Shown piece after piece: positions 9,631-17,983 of a DNA stretch of 64,000 nt. The stretch is from NCBI GenBank assembly GCA_965198695.1, contig CBDAPW010000002.1, forward strand, positions 37,768 through 101,767. The letters are read 5' to 3'. Source of the DNA: Solirubrobacteraceae bacterium. GTDB lineage: Bacteria > Actinomycetota > Thermoleophilia > Solirubrobacterales > Solirubrobacteraceae. Position numbers and translations under genes: made by a program. Within the stretch, counting starts at the first letter, position 1. Each line of letters begins with the position of its first letter. A model generated the notes under the pieces. That model did no database searches and was not told where the DNA came from. It worked only from the letters and a program-made list of their open reading frames with translations.

Positions 9631-10878
9631 ATGACCGCACCGGTGCACGTGCACCCACCCGAGGGGATGCACGTCCTCATCGCCGGCGGCGGGGTCGGCG
9701 GCCTCGCCCTGGCCCAGGGACTCGTCAAGGACGGCCACACGGTGGAGGTCTTCGAGCGCGACCACGGCGTCGGCAAGCGCCAGGGCTACTACCTGACGAT
9801 CAACGGTGACGGCGGCGAATCACTGCGTCGCGTGCTGCCCGAGGATCTGTATGAGCTGTATCTGGCGACATCGCGGCAGCCCTACCCGACGCAGGCCTCG
9901 ATCGTCCGCACACCCCAGCTGGATCTGCTCGGCTCCCAGCCGAGCCTCGGGCGACGCAACGTCGGTCCCCGGCGCCATACCGGGGTGGACCGACGCACGC
10001 TGAGGCGGATCCTCGCGGGGAGGATCGAGGGTGCGATCCGCTGGGGGGTGACGGCGGAGTCCTACACCGAGGACGCCGACGGCGTCGAGCTCATGCTGAG
10101 TGACGGCAGCAGCGCTCACGGTGACGTCCTGGTCATCGCCAACGGGATCAACTCAGGCCTGCGTGACGTGCGCCTCCCGGAGACCCGGATCGTCGACACG
10201 GCCATCCGCAGCATCGACCTCTACGCCCGGGCTCCTTTCACCGACGCGCTCTTGGCCCAGATCCCGGAGGTGCTGCACGACAGCATGACCATGGTGGTCG
10301 ACGGGAAGGGCAAGCGCTGCCTGCTCGGCTCGTTCCGTCCACGTTCGGAGCTGACCGCGGCTGCGGCCTCGGTCGACGGCGTTGAGCTCGAGCCGATTGA
10401 CGGATACATGATGGTGAGCGCGAGCGTGCCTGACGGGACGCCGATCCCCCCGTTCGCCGAGTGGACGGACCAGACGGGCCATGACATCAAGGCGGCCATG
10501 CAGGCAACCGTCGCGGACTGGCATCCGGCCATCCGCGCGATCCTCGAGGCGGTCGACCCCGAGTCGGTCTTTCCCATCAACTTCCGCTATCTCGACCCCC
10601 AGGCGGACTGGGCGCCCTCCCGCGTGACCGTCATCGGGGACGCCGCCCACGGGATGCTGCCGACCAAGGGCATGGGCGCCAACGCCACCCTCCATGACGC
10701 GGCCGTGCTGTGTGACCGGCTGGCGGACGTCGCGGCCGGGCGCAAGGACGTCGTCAGCGCCATCGGCGAGCACGAAGTCGAGATGCGCTCCTTCGCCTAT
10801 CCCGTCATCGCCATGGCCGCCGACCACGACAACCAGTTCGGGGCCGGGGCAATCACCCGGGCCGAGGCCACCGTCTGA
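9631..10878 (+). CDS. FAD-dependent monooxygenase (group A aromatic hydroxylase-like)
   Basis: GGGVGG, IANGINS (DG motif variant), VIGDAAHGMLPTKGMGANATLHDA. Confidence 0.9.
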   Translation: MTAPVHVHPPEGMHVLIAGGGVGGLALAQGLVKDGHTVEVFERDHGVGKRQGYYLTINGDGGESLRRVLPEDLYELYLATSRQPYPTQASIVRTPQLDLLGSQPSLGRRNVGPRRHTGVDRRTLRRILAGRIEGAIRWGVTAESYTEDADGVELMLSDGSSAHGDVLVIANGINSGLRDVRLPETRIVDTAIRSIDLYARAPFTDALLAQIPEVLHDSMTMVVDGKGKRCLLGSFRPRSELTAAAASVDGVELEPIDGYMMVSASVPDGTPIPPFAEWTDQTGHDIKAAMQATVADWHPAIRAILEAVDPESVFPINFRYLDPQADWAPSRVTVIGDAAHGMLPTKGMGANATLHDAAVLCDRLADVAAGRKDVVSAIGEHEVEMRSFAYPVIAMAADHDNQFGAGAITRAEATV

Positions 10879-10932
10879 TCGACACGCCTCGGGTGCTCTG
10901 AGCGCGAATCGACACGCGCCCGCGGGACACGC

Positions 10933-11571
10933 TCAACTCAGACTTGAAGGTTCCTGAATACCCAGGCTGCGCAGCCAGATGGCGAGCAGGCGCGCCTCGG
11001 TGGGGGCGAGGTCGGCGCGGCGGCGGGCGCGGGGAACCGCGTGGCTGTAGACCCGCTCGTTCATCAGCGCCAGGGTCTCGATGAGCTCGCGCGCGGCGAC
11101 GGGGTCATGGCGCTCGGGCACGGTCCCGTGGCGTAGGAGCAGCTCGGTGCAGGCCGCGTTGACCTGATCCATGGAGGCGATCATCCGCTCGCCGAGTTCG
11201 GGGATCTGCTGAGCGAGTGCGATGGCCGCCGACATGACCGCCCGGTGCTCCCACCATGCCCCGGCCCCGGCCGCCACCGCCGCGGCGAGCCGTTGGGCCG
11301 GCGTCCCCGGTCCGGCCAGCGCCCCGAGCAGCCGCGCCGCGATCTCGGCGTGGGCGGCGTCGATGACGCTGGCCAGCAGCGCGTCCTTGGAGGCGAAGTA
11401 GAAGTAGAAGGTGGGTCGCGACACGCCGGCGTCGGCGGCGAGCTGGGTGACGGACGCCGTGGCGAAGCTGCCGTCCGCGAGGTGGCGCTCGGCGCTGGCG
11501 ATGAGGTCGGTCTCGCGCTGGTCGCCCTTGCTGAGCTGCCGGGCGCGACGCCGCAGCGGGGTGGTCGACAT
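10933..11571 (-). CDS. TetR family regulator, EthR-like
   Basis: GDQRETDLIASAERHL...AGVSRPTFYFYFASKDALL. Confidence 0.92.
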   Translation of the reverse strand: MSTTPLRRRARQLSKGDQRETDLIASAERHLADGSFATASVTQLAADAGVSRPTFYFYFASKDALLASVIDAAHAEIAARLLGALAGPGTPAQRLAAAVAAGAGAWWEHRAVMSAAIALAQQIPELGERMIASMDQVNAACTELLLRHGTVPERHDPVAARELIETLALMNERVYSHAVPRARRRADLAPTEARLLAIWLRSLGIQEPSSLS

Positions 11572-11587
11572 AGCCCCACGGTAGCGA

Positions 11588-11647
11588 GCCGACAGGCGTC
11601 GGCATTCACCGACACCTGTTGACTTTTGCCAGGCCGACCATCACCAT
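11588..11647. promoter_or_regulatory. Tandem GAC-N4-GTC operators and probable leaderless P450 promoter
   Basis: GCCGAC-AGGC-GTCGGC (11588-11603), CCGAC-ACCT-GTTGA (11609-11622), TTGACT-N17-CACCAT ending 7 nt before ATG 11654. Confidence 0.6.
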
Positions 11648-11653
11648 CTCCCC

Positions 11654-12940
11654 ATGCCAACCCGCGTCACCCCCGCCGCCAGCGCCTGTCCCCACCTCGG
11701 CGCCTATGACCCCCTCGCGCCTGAGGAGCTGAGCGACCCCTACCCCACCTACGCCAGCGCTCGGGAGCAGACCCCAGCGTTCCGTTCCGAGCGGTTGGGG
11801 TTGTGGTTCATGACCCGGTACGACGACATCGTCGCCGCGGTCGCTGACACCGAGACGTTCTCCTCGCAGTTCACCGGGATGACGCTGGTCGACCATCTCC
11901 CGGAGTCGCGGCGCGCCGCCGCCGCCGAGGTGATCCGCGCCGGTCTGCCCGATGATTCGCGTTTCCTGCTGACCACCGATCCCCCGGCTCACCACACCCG
12001 CCGCAAGCTCGCTCAGCAGGCGTTCACCCCCAAGCGGGTGCGCGCGCTGGAGCCGGTGATCGCCGCGGCCGCCGAGGCATTGTGTGACGCGATCGCCACC
12101 GGTGAGACCGCTGAGCTGATGGGTGCCTTCGCCTATCCCCTCACCACCACGGTGATCGCGGGGATCCTCGGCCTGGATGCGGAGGCCGCCGGCCAGATGC
12201 GCCAGGTGGCCGAGGACCTGCTGGTGATCAACTCACCCGGCCACCGAGAGCTCGACGACGCAGCCGCCGATGAGGTCCTCGTCCGCCTGGCGCGCATCAG
12301 CGCCCTGCACACCACCATCGCCGAGGCGCTCGCCGCGCGCCGGGAGACCCCGACCGACGACGTCCTCTCCGCCCTGGCCCACACTGCGCTGGCCGATGGC
12401 ACGCGGTTGGAGGACGCCGACATCCTGGCGATCTGCGCCGAGCTGATCCTCGCCGGGACCGACACCACGGCCAATCTCATCGCCCACGCCGTGCTCTACG
12501 CCGCAGCTGACCCCTCGTTGTGGCGCCAGATCGCCGAGAGCCGGGAGCTGGCCCAGCAGGTCACCGAGGAGGCCCTGCGCAAGCGCGGCTCCTCCAAGGG
12601 CCTGTTCCGCATCACCACCCGGGACGTGGACGTCTCCGGGGTGACGATCCCCGCCGGGGCAGTGGTGCAGCTGCTCTACGGATCGGCCAACCACGACCCG
12701 TCCCGCTTCCCCGACGGGGACGCGTTCCGCCTCGGGCGTCCGGGCCTCGACCAGCACGTCGCCTTCGGCCGAGGGACCCATTTCTGCCTGGGCGCCCCAC
12801 TGGCCCGGCTGGAGATGGCGGTCGCCCTCCGGACGCTGAGCCGGCGTTTCCCGAATCTCAGCGTGGCGCCCGGTCAGGAGATCGTCTACCTCCCGGCGCT
12901 GACCACCCACACCATCGCCGCGCTGGAGCTGACGACCTGA
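11654..12940 (+). CDS. Cytochrome P450
   Basis: I-helix AGTDTT, EEALR (ExxR), heme motif FGRGTHFCLG. Confidence 0.96.
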   Translation: MPTRVTPAASACPHLGAYDPLAPEELSDPYPTYASAREQTPAFRSERLGLWFMTRYDDIVAAVADTETFSSQFTGMTLVDHLPESRRAAAAEVIRAGLPDDSRFLLTTDPPAHHTRRKLAQQAFTPKRVRALEPVIAAAAEALCDAIATGETAELMGAFAYPLTTTVIAGILGLDAEAAGQMRQVAEDLLVINSPGHRELDDAAADEVLVRLARISALHTTIAEALAARRETPTDDVLSALAHTALADGTRLEDADILAICAELILAGTDTTANLIAHAVLYAAADPSLWRQIAESRELAQQVTEEALRKRGSSKGLFRITTRDVDVSGVTIPAGAVVQLLYGSANHDPSRFPDGDAFRLGRPGLDQHVAFGRGTHFCLGAPLARLEMAVALRTLSRRFPNLSVAPGQEIVYLPALTTHTIAALELTT

Positions 12941-12947
12941 GTGCGCC

Positions 12948-13727
12948 TCATGAGCTGAGCCGGTCCGCCTCCGGCCGTTGGCGGCGCTGCAGCACGACGA
13001 CCACGCCGAAGATGATCACCGCGGTCACCCCGACGGCCAGGGAGCCGTGCTTGACCAGGGCGACGGCGTTGTCGATCGAGTTCCAGGAGACATAGCCGAC
13101 GAGCGTGCAGGCGGCGGCCCAGACGCCCGCCGCCAACGTGGTCAGGGCGAGGAAACGGCCAGCGGCCATATGTGACGCGCCGGCGATGAACGGCGCGAGC
13201 GCGCGGACGAAGCCGATGAAGCGTCCGAGCAGGATCGTCTTGCCGCCGTGCTGGGCGAAGTAGCGCTCCATCTGCTCGACACGTCCCCGGGTCAGCCCGA
13301 CCCGGGCGCCGTGGGTGATGAGGAACTCCCGCCCCAGGCGACGGCCGAGCAGGAACGACAGCGCGTCACCCGCCACCGCGCAGATCCACACCACGGCGAT
13401 GAGCGGCACCAGACGCACCTCGCCGGAGCCGGCGGCGATGCCGCCGAGCACGACCGCGAGCTCACCGGGGGCGATCAGCCCGATGCCCGCCCCGGTCTCC
13501 AGGAACGCCATCACGCCGACCACCGCGTAGGTCGCTGGGCCCAGGCCCGAGACGGCGCTGCGCACCAGCTGCTCGAGGTTCGGAGTCTCCAGCACGCCGA
13601 CGCCGACGAGGATCAGCGCGGCCCCGGCGATCCCCATGAGCCCACGGGCGAGTCGCGAGCGCAGCGGCTGGCCGGCGATGGCGCCGGCCAGCAGGATTCC
13701 CGCGGCGATCAGAGCCAGCAGGTTCAT
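12948..13727 (-). CDS. DedA family membrane protein
   Basis: ETGAGIGLIAPGE, GDALSFLLGR, ILLGRFIGFVR. ATGA overlap with htpX. Confidence 0.92.
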   Translation of the reverse strand: MNLLALIAAGILLAGAIAGQPLRSRLARGLMGIAGAALILVGVGVLETPNLEQLVRSAVSGLGPATYAVVGVMAFLETGAGIGLIAPGELAVVLGGIAAGSGEVRLVPLIAVVWICAVAGDALSFLLGRRLGREFLITHGARVGLTRGRVEQMERYFAQHGGKTILLGRFIGFVRALAPFIAGASHMAAGRFLALTTLAAGVWAAACTLVGYVSWNSIDNAVALVKHGSLAVGVTAVIIFGVVVVLQRRQRPEADRLSS

Positions 13728-14599
13728 ACCCGGCTCAGGGGACGCGGGCTGTAGGCGCGCAGGCGCCGGATGCGCTCGCTGACCGGAGGGTGGGTGGAGA
13801 ACAGCCCGGCCAGGCTGGTGGCTGCGAACGGGTTGACGATGTACATCGGCGCGGTGGCCGCGGGCACCGCCAGCGCCGGGGCAGCGGTCGCCTCGATGCT
13901 CGCCAGAGCGTCCGCCAGCGGCGCCCCGGAGCCGAGCAGTCTCGCGGCGGTCGCGTCGGCCAGGTACTCGCGCTGGCGCGAGACCCCCAGGCTGAGCAAC
14001 GTGCCGGCCAGCGGGGCGAGGATGAGCGCGGCGAGGGTGCCGACCGGCCCGAGCGGGTTCTCCTCGCTGTCCTCGCCGCCGAACAGGAAGGACAGCGACA
14101 GCACGTTGACCGCCGCCCCCACCGCGCCGGAGATCGTCGCCGCCACCGAGGAGACGAGGATGTCGCGGTTGGCGATGTGCCCGATCTCATGGGCCATCAC
14201 CGCGCGGACATCCGCGGTCGCCATGTGGGTGATCAGCCCGTCGGTCAGGGCGACCGCGGCGTGCCCGGGGTTGCGCCCGGTGGCGAAGGCGTTGGGGGCC
14301 AGGCCCGGGATGACGTAGAGCCGGGGGGTGGGGATCCCCGCGCGCCGGGACAGCTCGGCCAGGGCGGCGTGGACCTCGGGCACGTCGTCCTGCGCCAGGG
14401 GCTGGGCCCGGGCGGCGCGCAGGGCAATCCGGTCGGACTGGAAGTAGCCGACCACGTTGAAGCCGACGGCGGCCAGGACGAACAGCCAGAGGAACCCGCC
14501 GCCGAGCAGCGCGCCGATGCTGATCATCAGCGCGGTCAGGCCGGTGATGAGCAGCCACGTGCGCAGCTGGCTGGTGAGTCGGGTGGCGGTGATTCCCAT
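13724..14599 (-). CDS. htpX: Zinc metalloprotease HtpX (M48)
   Basis: PNAFATGRNP, HEIGH zinc motif, SRQREYLAD, FSTHPP. Confidence 0.95.
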   Translation of the reverse strand: MGITATRLTSQLRTWLLITGLTALMISIGALLGGGFLWLFVLAAVGFNVVGYFQSDRIALRAARAQPLAQDDVPEVHAALAELSRRAGIPTPRLYVIPGLAPNAFATGRNPGHAAVALTDGLITHMATADVRAVMAHEIGHIANRDILVSSVAATISGAVGAAVNVLSLSFLFGGEDSEENPLGPVGTLAALILAPLAGTLLSLGVSRQREYLADATAARLLGSGAPLADALASIEATAAPALAVPAATAPMYIVNPFAATSLAGLFSTHPPVSERIRRLRAYSPRPLSRV

Positions 14600-14654
14600 C
14601 GAGAGCTCCTTTCGGATTGGACTCCTCGAGCATCCCCGCTGGGGGACCGCCTTC

Positions 14655-15497
14655 CTATGAGGGCGAGCGTGTATCTCTCAGGCTGAGCAGCGTGGTCAGC
14701 CCCAGGATCGCGGCGATCACCGCCAGCGACAAGCCGGTCGACAGCTCCGGCACGGCGGCGTGCTGGAGATGGGCGAAGTGGAGCACCAACTTGGCTCCGA
14801 TGAAGGCGAGGATCGCCGCCATGCCGAGCGACAGGTAGACGACGCGCTGGAGCAGCCCGGCGACGAGGAAGTACAGCGGCCGCAGCCCGAGCAGCGCGAA
14901 CACGTTGGCCGCCAGGACGATCCACGCGTGGTCGGTGACCCCGTAGACGGCGGGGATGGAGTCGAGGGCGAACAGCAGATCGGTGCTGCCGAGGGCGACG
15001 AGCACGAGGAACAGCGGGGTCAGCCGGCGCCGGCCCGACTCGAGGCTCACCAGCCGGGTGCCGCGGTAGCCGTCGGTGAAGGCCAACCTGCGCCGGGCCA
15101 GGGCGACCAGCGGGTTGTCGTTCACCGACGGGGTCTGATCGTGGTGGCGCAACAGCTGGACGGCGGTGGCGATGAGCGCCAGGCCGAAGAGCAGGAAGGT
15201 GACCGAGAAGGTGTCGAGCAGCGCCGCCCCGGCGGCGATGAATATCGCCCGCAATGCCAGGGCCAGCCCGATGCCCAGGCTGAGGGCGCGCGGCACGGCC
15301 GGGGCCGGCACGGCGAAGCTGGTGACGATGATCACGAACACGAACAGGTTGTCCACCGACAGGCTCTTCTCCACCACGTAGCCGGCGAGGAACTGGGTGC
15401 CCAGGTCCCAGCCGGCGATCAGTCCGAGCCCCGCCCCGAAGCCGAGGGCGGCACAGACGTAGAACACCGACCAGCCGGCGGCGCGAGCGAGGCTCAT
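14655..15497 (-). CDS. TerC/Alx family membrane protein
   Basis: EKSLSVDNLFVF and DLLFALDSIPA signatures. Confidence 0.95.
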   Translation of the reverse strand: MSLARAAGWSVFYVCAALGFGAGLGLIAGWDLGTQFLAGYVVEKSLSVDNLFVFVIIVTSFAVPAPAVPRALSLGIGLALALRAIFIAAGAALLDTFSVTFLLFGLALIATAVQLLRHHDQTPSVNDNPLVALARRRLAFTDGYRGTRLVSLESGRRRLTPLFLVLVALGSTDLLFALDSIPAVYGVTDHAWIVLAANVFALLGLRPLYFLVAGLLQRVVYLSLGMAAILAFIGAKLVLHFAHLQHAAVPELSTGLSLAVIAAILGLTTLLSLRDTRSPS

Positions 15498-15502
15498 CGC
15501 GC

Positions 15503-16162
15503 TCAGGGCTCGATCAGTCCGTGGCGGATGGCGTAGCGCACGAGCTCCACACGGTCGTGCATCCCCAGCTTCTCCAGGATGTTCGTGCGGTGACGGTCGA
15601 CGGTCTTCTCACTGATCACCAGCGTCTCGGCGATCTGGCGGGTGCTGTAGCTCTCGGCGATCAGCTTGACGATCTCGGTCTCCCGGGGCGTGAGGGGATC
15701 CTCGCGCAGCGAGGCCAGATCGTCGCGGGCAGACTCGAGCAGGTCGCGCACCAGCGGGGTCATCGCCCCCGGGTAGAGGAACCGCTCTCCGCGCATGGCC
15801 GCCCGGCACGCCTCGACGAGGTCACGGTCGACCACCGACTTGAGCACGTAGCCCGAGGCGCCCGCCTTGAGCGACTCGTACAGGTAGCGCTCGTTCTGGT
15901 GCATCGAGAGCATGAGGATCCTCAGCTCCGGCCGGCGGCGGTGCAGCTCCCGCGCGGCCTGCAGACCGGTCATCCGCGGCATGGTGATGTCGAGCACGAC
16001 CAGGTCGACCTCGGCCCGGAGACCGAGCTCGATCGCCTCGGCGCCGTCACCGGCCTCGCCGACCACCTCGAGGTCGGGCTCGGCGTCGAGGACCAGGCGC
16101 AGACCGCGCCGCACCAGCGCGTGGTCGTCGGCGAGCAGGACGCGCGTCTTCAGCGGGGTCAC
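15503..16162 (-). CDS. NarL/LuxR-family response regulator
   Basis: LLADDH, LDITMP, GYVLK, LTPRETEI...SEKTVDRHRTNILEKL. Confidence 0.95.
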   Translation of the reverse strand: MTPLKTRVLLADDHALVRRGLRLVLDAEPDLEVVGEAGDGAEAIELGLRAEVDLVVLDITMPRMTGLQAARELHRRRPELRILMLSMHQNERYLYESLKAGASGYVLKSVVDRDLVEACRAAMRGERFLYPGAMTPLVRDLLESARDDLASLREDPLTPRETEIVKLIAESYSTRQIAETLVISEKTVDRHRTNILEKLGMHDRVELVRYAIRHGLIEP

Positions 16163-17169
16163 GACCCGGCTCCGGTCCCGAGCACGAGCTGGACCCGACA
16201 GCCCGCGTCGCCGGCGGCGGGCCCGACGCTGAGCTGGCCGCCCACCAGCGCGGCACGCTCACGCATCCCGCGCATCCCCGTGCCGGCCACCACGTCGGCG
16301 GGCAGGCCGCGGCCGCGGTCGGTCACCGTCAGGATGAGTGACCCGTCGATGTGTCTCAGCTCGAGCTCGGCCGCCTCGGCCCCGGAGTGGCGCGCGACGT
16401 TGGTCAGCGCCTCCTGGGTGAGCCGGTAGACGACGAGCTCGACCTCCGGGGAGAGCAGCGGCAGGTCGGGCTCGATCCGCTCCTCGATGCGGATTCCGCT
16501 GTGGGCGGAGAAGCGCTCGCACAGCACGGCCAGGGCGCTCTCGAGGCCCAGGTCATCCAGCGCCTCGGGTCGCAGCTCGATGGCGATCTGGCGGACCCCC
16601 TCGAGGCTGTGGCGGACCGCGTCCTGGACCTCGGCCAGGTCGTCCTTCAGTGCCGCGCCGGCCCGGGTCTCGACCCGGCCGAGGCTGAGCAGCACCGCGG
16701 TGAGCTCCTGGCCGATCTGGTCGTGGAGCTCCTGGGCGATGCGCAGCCGCTCGGCCTCCTGGCCGGCCAGGACGCGGCCGGTCGCCTCGTGGCGCTCGGC
16801 CTCCAGGCGGTCGAGCATCTCGTTGAAGGTCAGGGCCAGCTCGACCGCCTCCGAGCGCACCGCGCCGGTGGGCATGCGCTCACTCTCGTGGCTCAGGTCG
16901 ACCCGGCGGGCCAGCTGGGTCAGGGTCTGCACCGGCGCGAGGAGGCGGTGGACGAGGTAGGCGTTGAGGACGACCGTGGCCACCAGCACGAGGAACAGCA
17001 CCACTGCCGCCTCGTCGACGCGGAAGGTCGAGACGCGCGAGGGATCGAGCACCACCACGGCCAGCCCCACGGCCAGTGCGAGCAGCACGGCGTTGAGGCC
17101 CGCCACCCGGTAGCGCAGCGGGAGGTAACGGCGCCGTGCAGGTTCGAGATCGGGGCGGGCGGCGGTCAT
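16159..17169 (-). CDS. HAMP + HisKA_3 sensor histidine kinase (intramembrane-sensing type)
   Basis: Two TM helices with a short loop, RIAQELHDQIGQ, QEALTNVARH, DRGRG, GMRGMRERA. Start moved to ATG 17169. Confidence 0.93.
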   Translation of the reverse strand: MTAARPDLEPARRRYLPLRYRVAGLNAVLLALAVGLAVVVLDPSRVSTFRVDEAAVVLFLVLVATVVLNAYLVHRLLAPVQTLTQLARRVDLSHESERMPTGAVRSEAVELALTFNEMLDRLEAERHEATGRVLAGQEAERLRIAQELHDQIGQELTAVLLSLGRVETRAGAALKDDLAEVQDAVRHSLEGVRQIAIELRPEALDDLGLESALAVLCERFSAHSGIRIEERIEPDLPLLSPEVELVVYRLTQEALTNVARHSGAEAAELELRHIDGSLILTVTDRGRGLPADVVAGTGMRGMRERAALVGGQLSVGPAAGDAGCRVQLVLGTGAGS

Positions 17170-17207
17170 CGGAGGATGATCGGGGAGAACCAACCCGGCG
17201 GGGCGGC

Positions 17208-17888
17208 TCAGCGCCAATCCTGGCGCAGCGACGCCGCCCCGAAGGGCCGGGGGCCGACCGGGTCGGTGCCGAGCCATTCGAGCTTGTGCAGCATCGCCCA
17301 CATGCGCAGGTCGAGGTCAGCCGGGGTCATGCCCAGCGTGGCTGCGACCTCGGCGGTGTCGCTGCCGGCCAGCAGCATGCCGAACACCGCCTGGTCCTGG
17401 ACCTCGAGGCGCCGGCGCATGGCTTGGGCCAGGCGGTAGGGCACCGGCGGCAACGCGCTCGTCCCGGCGGCGACGGCGCGCACCGCCTGGCACAGCTCAT
17501 CCGCCGGTCCGCCCTTGCTCACCAGGGCGTCGGCCTCGGCCACCACGCAGGCGGCGGCGAGCGGACCGTCGCAGTAGGCGGAGTAGACGATCACCCGCGG
17601 CGCCGAGGCGAGGGTCTTGAGCTTGCGGCTCAGCCACAGCCCGCTGCGCGAACCCAGCTGGTAGTCGACGACCGCCACGTCGATGGATGCGGCCCGGGCC
17701 ACCGACAGCGCCGCCTCGGCCGAGCCGACCGCGTCGAGGACCGACAGGCCGGGCTGCTCCTCCAGTAACTGCATGACCCCGGTGCGCACGGCGGCGTGGT
17801 CGTCGACCACGAGCAGGCGCAGATCGCGCTCGGCGCCGAGCGGTGCGCGAGTGGGGACGGGATCGGACTGGACGTGGACACCGGGCAT
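17208..17888 (-). CDS. Response regulator receiver with atypical/degenerate C-terminal HTH
   Basis: LLVVDDH, VVDYQL, LVSK. The C-terminus lacks the canonical LuxR TV..H...KL motif. Confidence 0.8.
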   Translation of the reverse strand: MPGVHVQSDPVPTRAPLGAERDLRLLVVDDHAAVRTGVMQLLEEQPGLSVLDAVGSAEAALSVARAASIDVAVVDYQLGSRSGLWLSRKLKTLASAPRVIVYSAYCDGPLAAACVVAEADALVSKGGPADELCQAVRAVAAGTSALPPVPYRLAQAMRRRLEVQDQAVFGMLLAGSDTAEVAATLGMTPADLDLRMWAMLHKLEWLGTDPVGPRPFGAASLRQDWR

Positions 17889-17983
17889 GGGGACCTCCTC
17901 GGGGAGACGAACGACTCAGGTGACCAGCATCGCCTCCGCGCCCTTGAGTGAGAATGAGGGCGAGCCCCCATCCTCACCGAACG

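Noticed and set aside
10878-10932. ATCGACACGC direct repeats between convergent genes
   Set aside because: Short, GC-rich, only two full copies and no regulatory context, so compatible with chance
15498-15502. yybP-ykoY (Mn) riboswitch often found upstream of terC
   Set aside because: Only 5 nt separate the RR stop from the terC start, leaving no room for a leader
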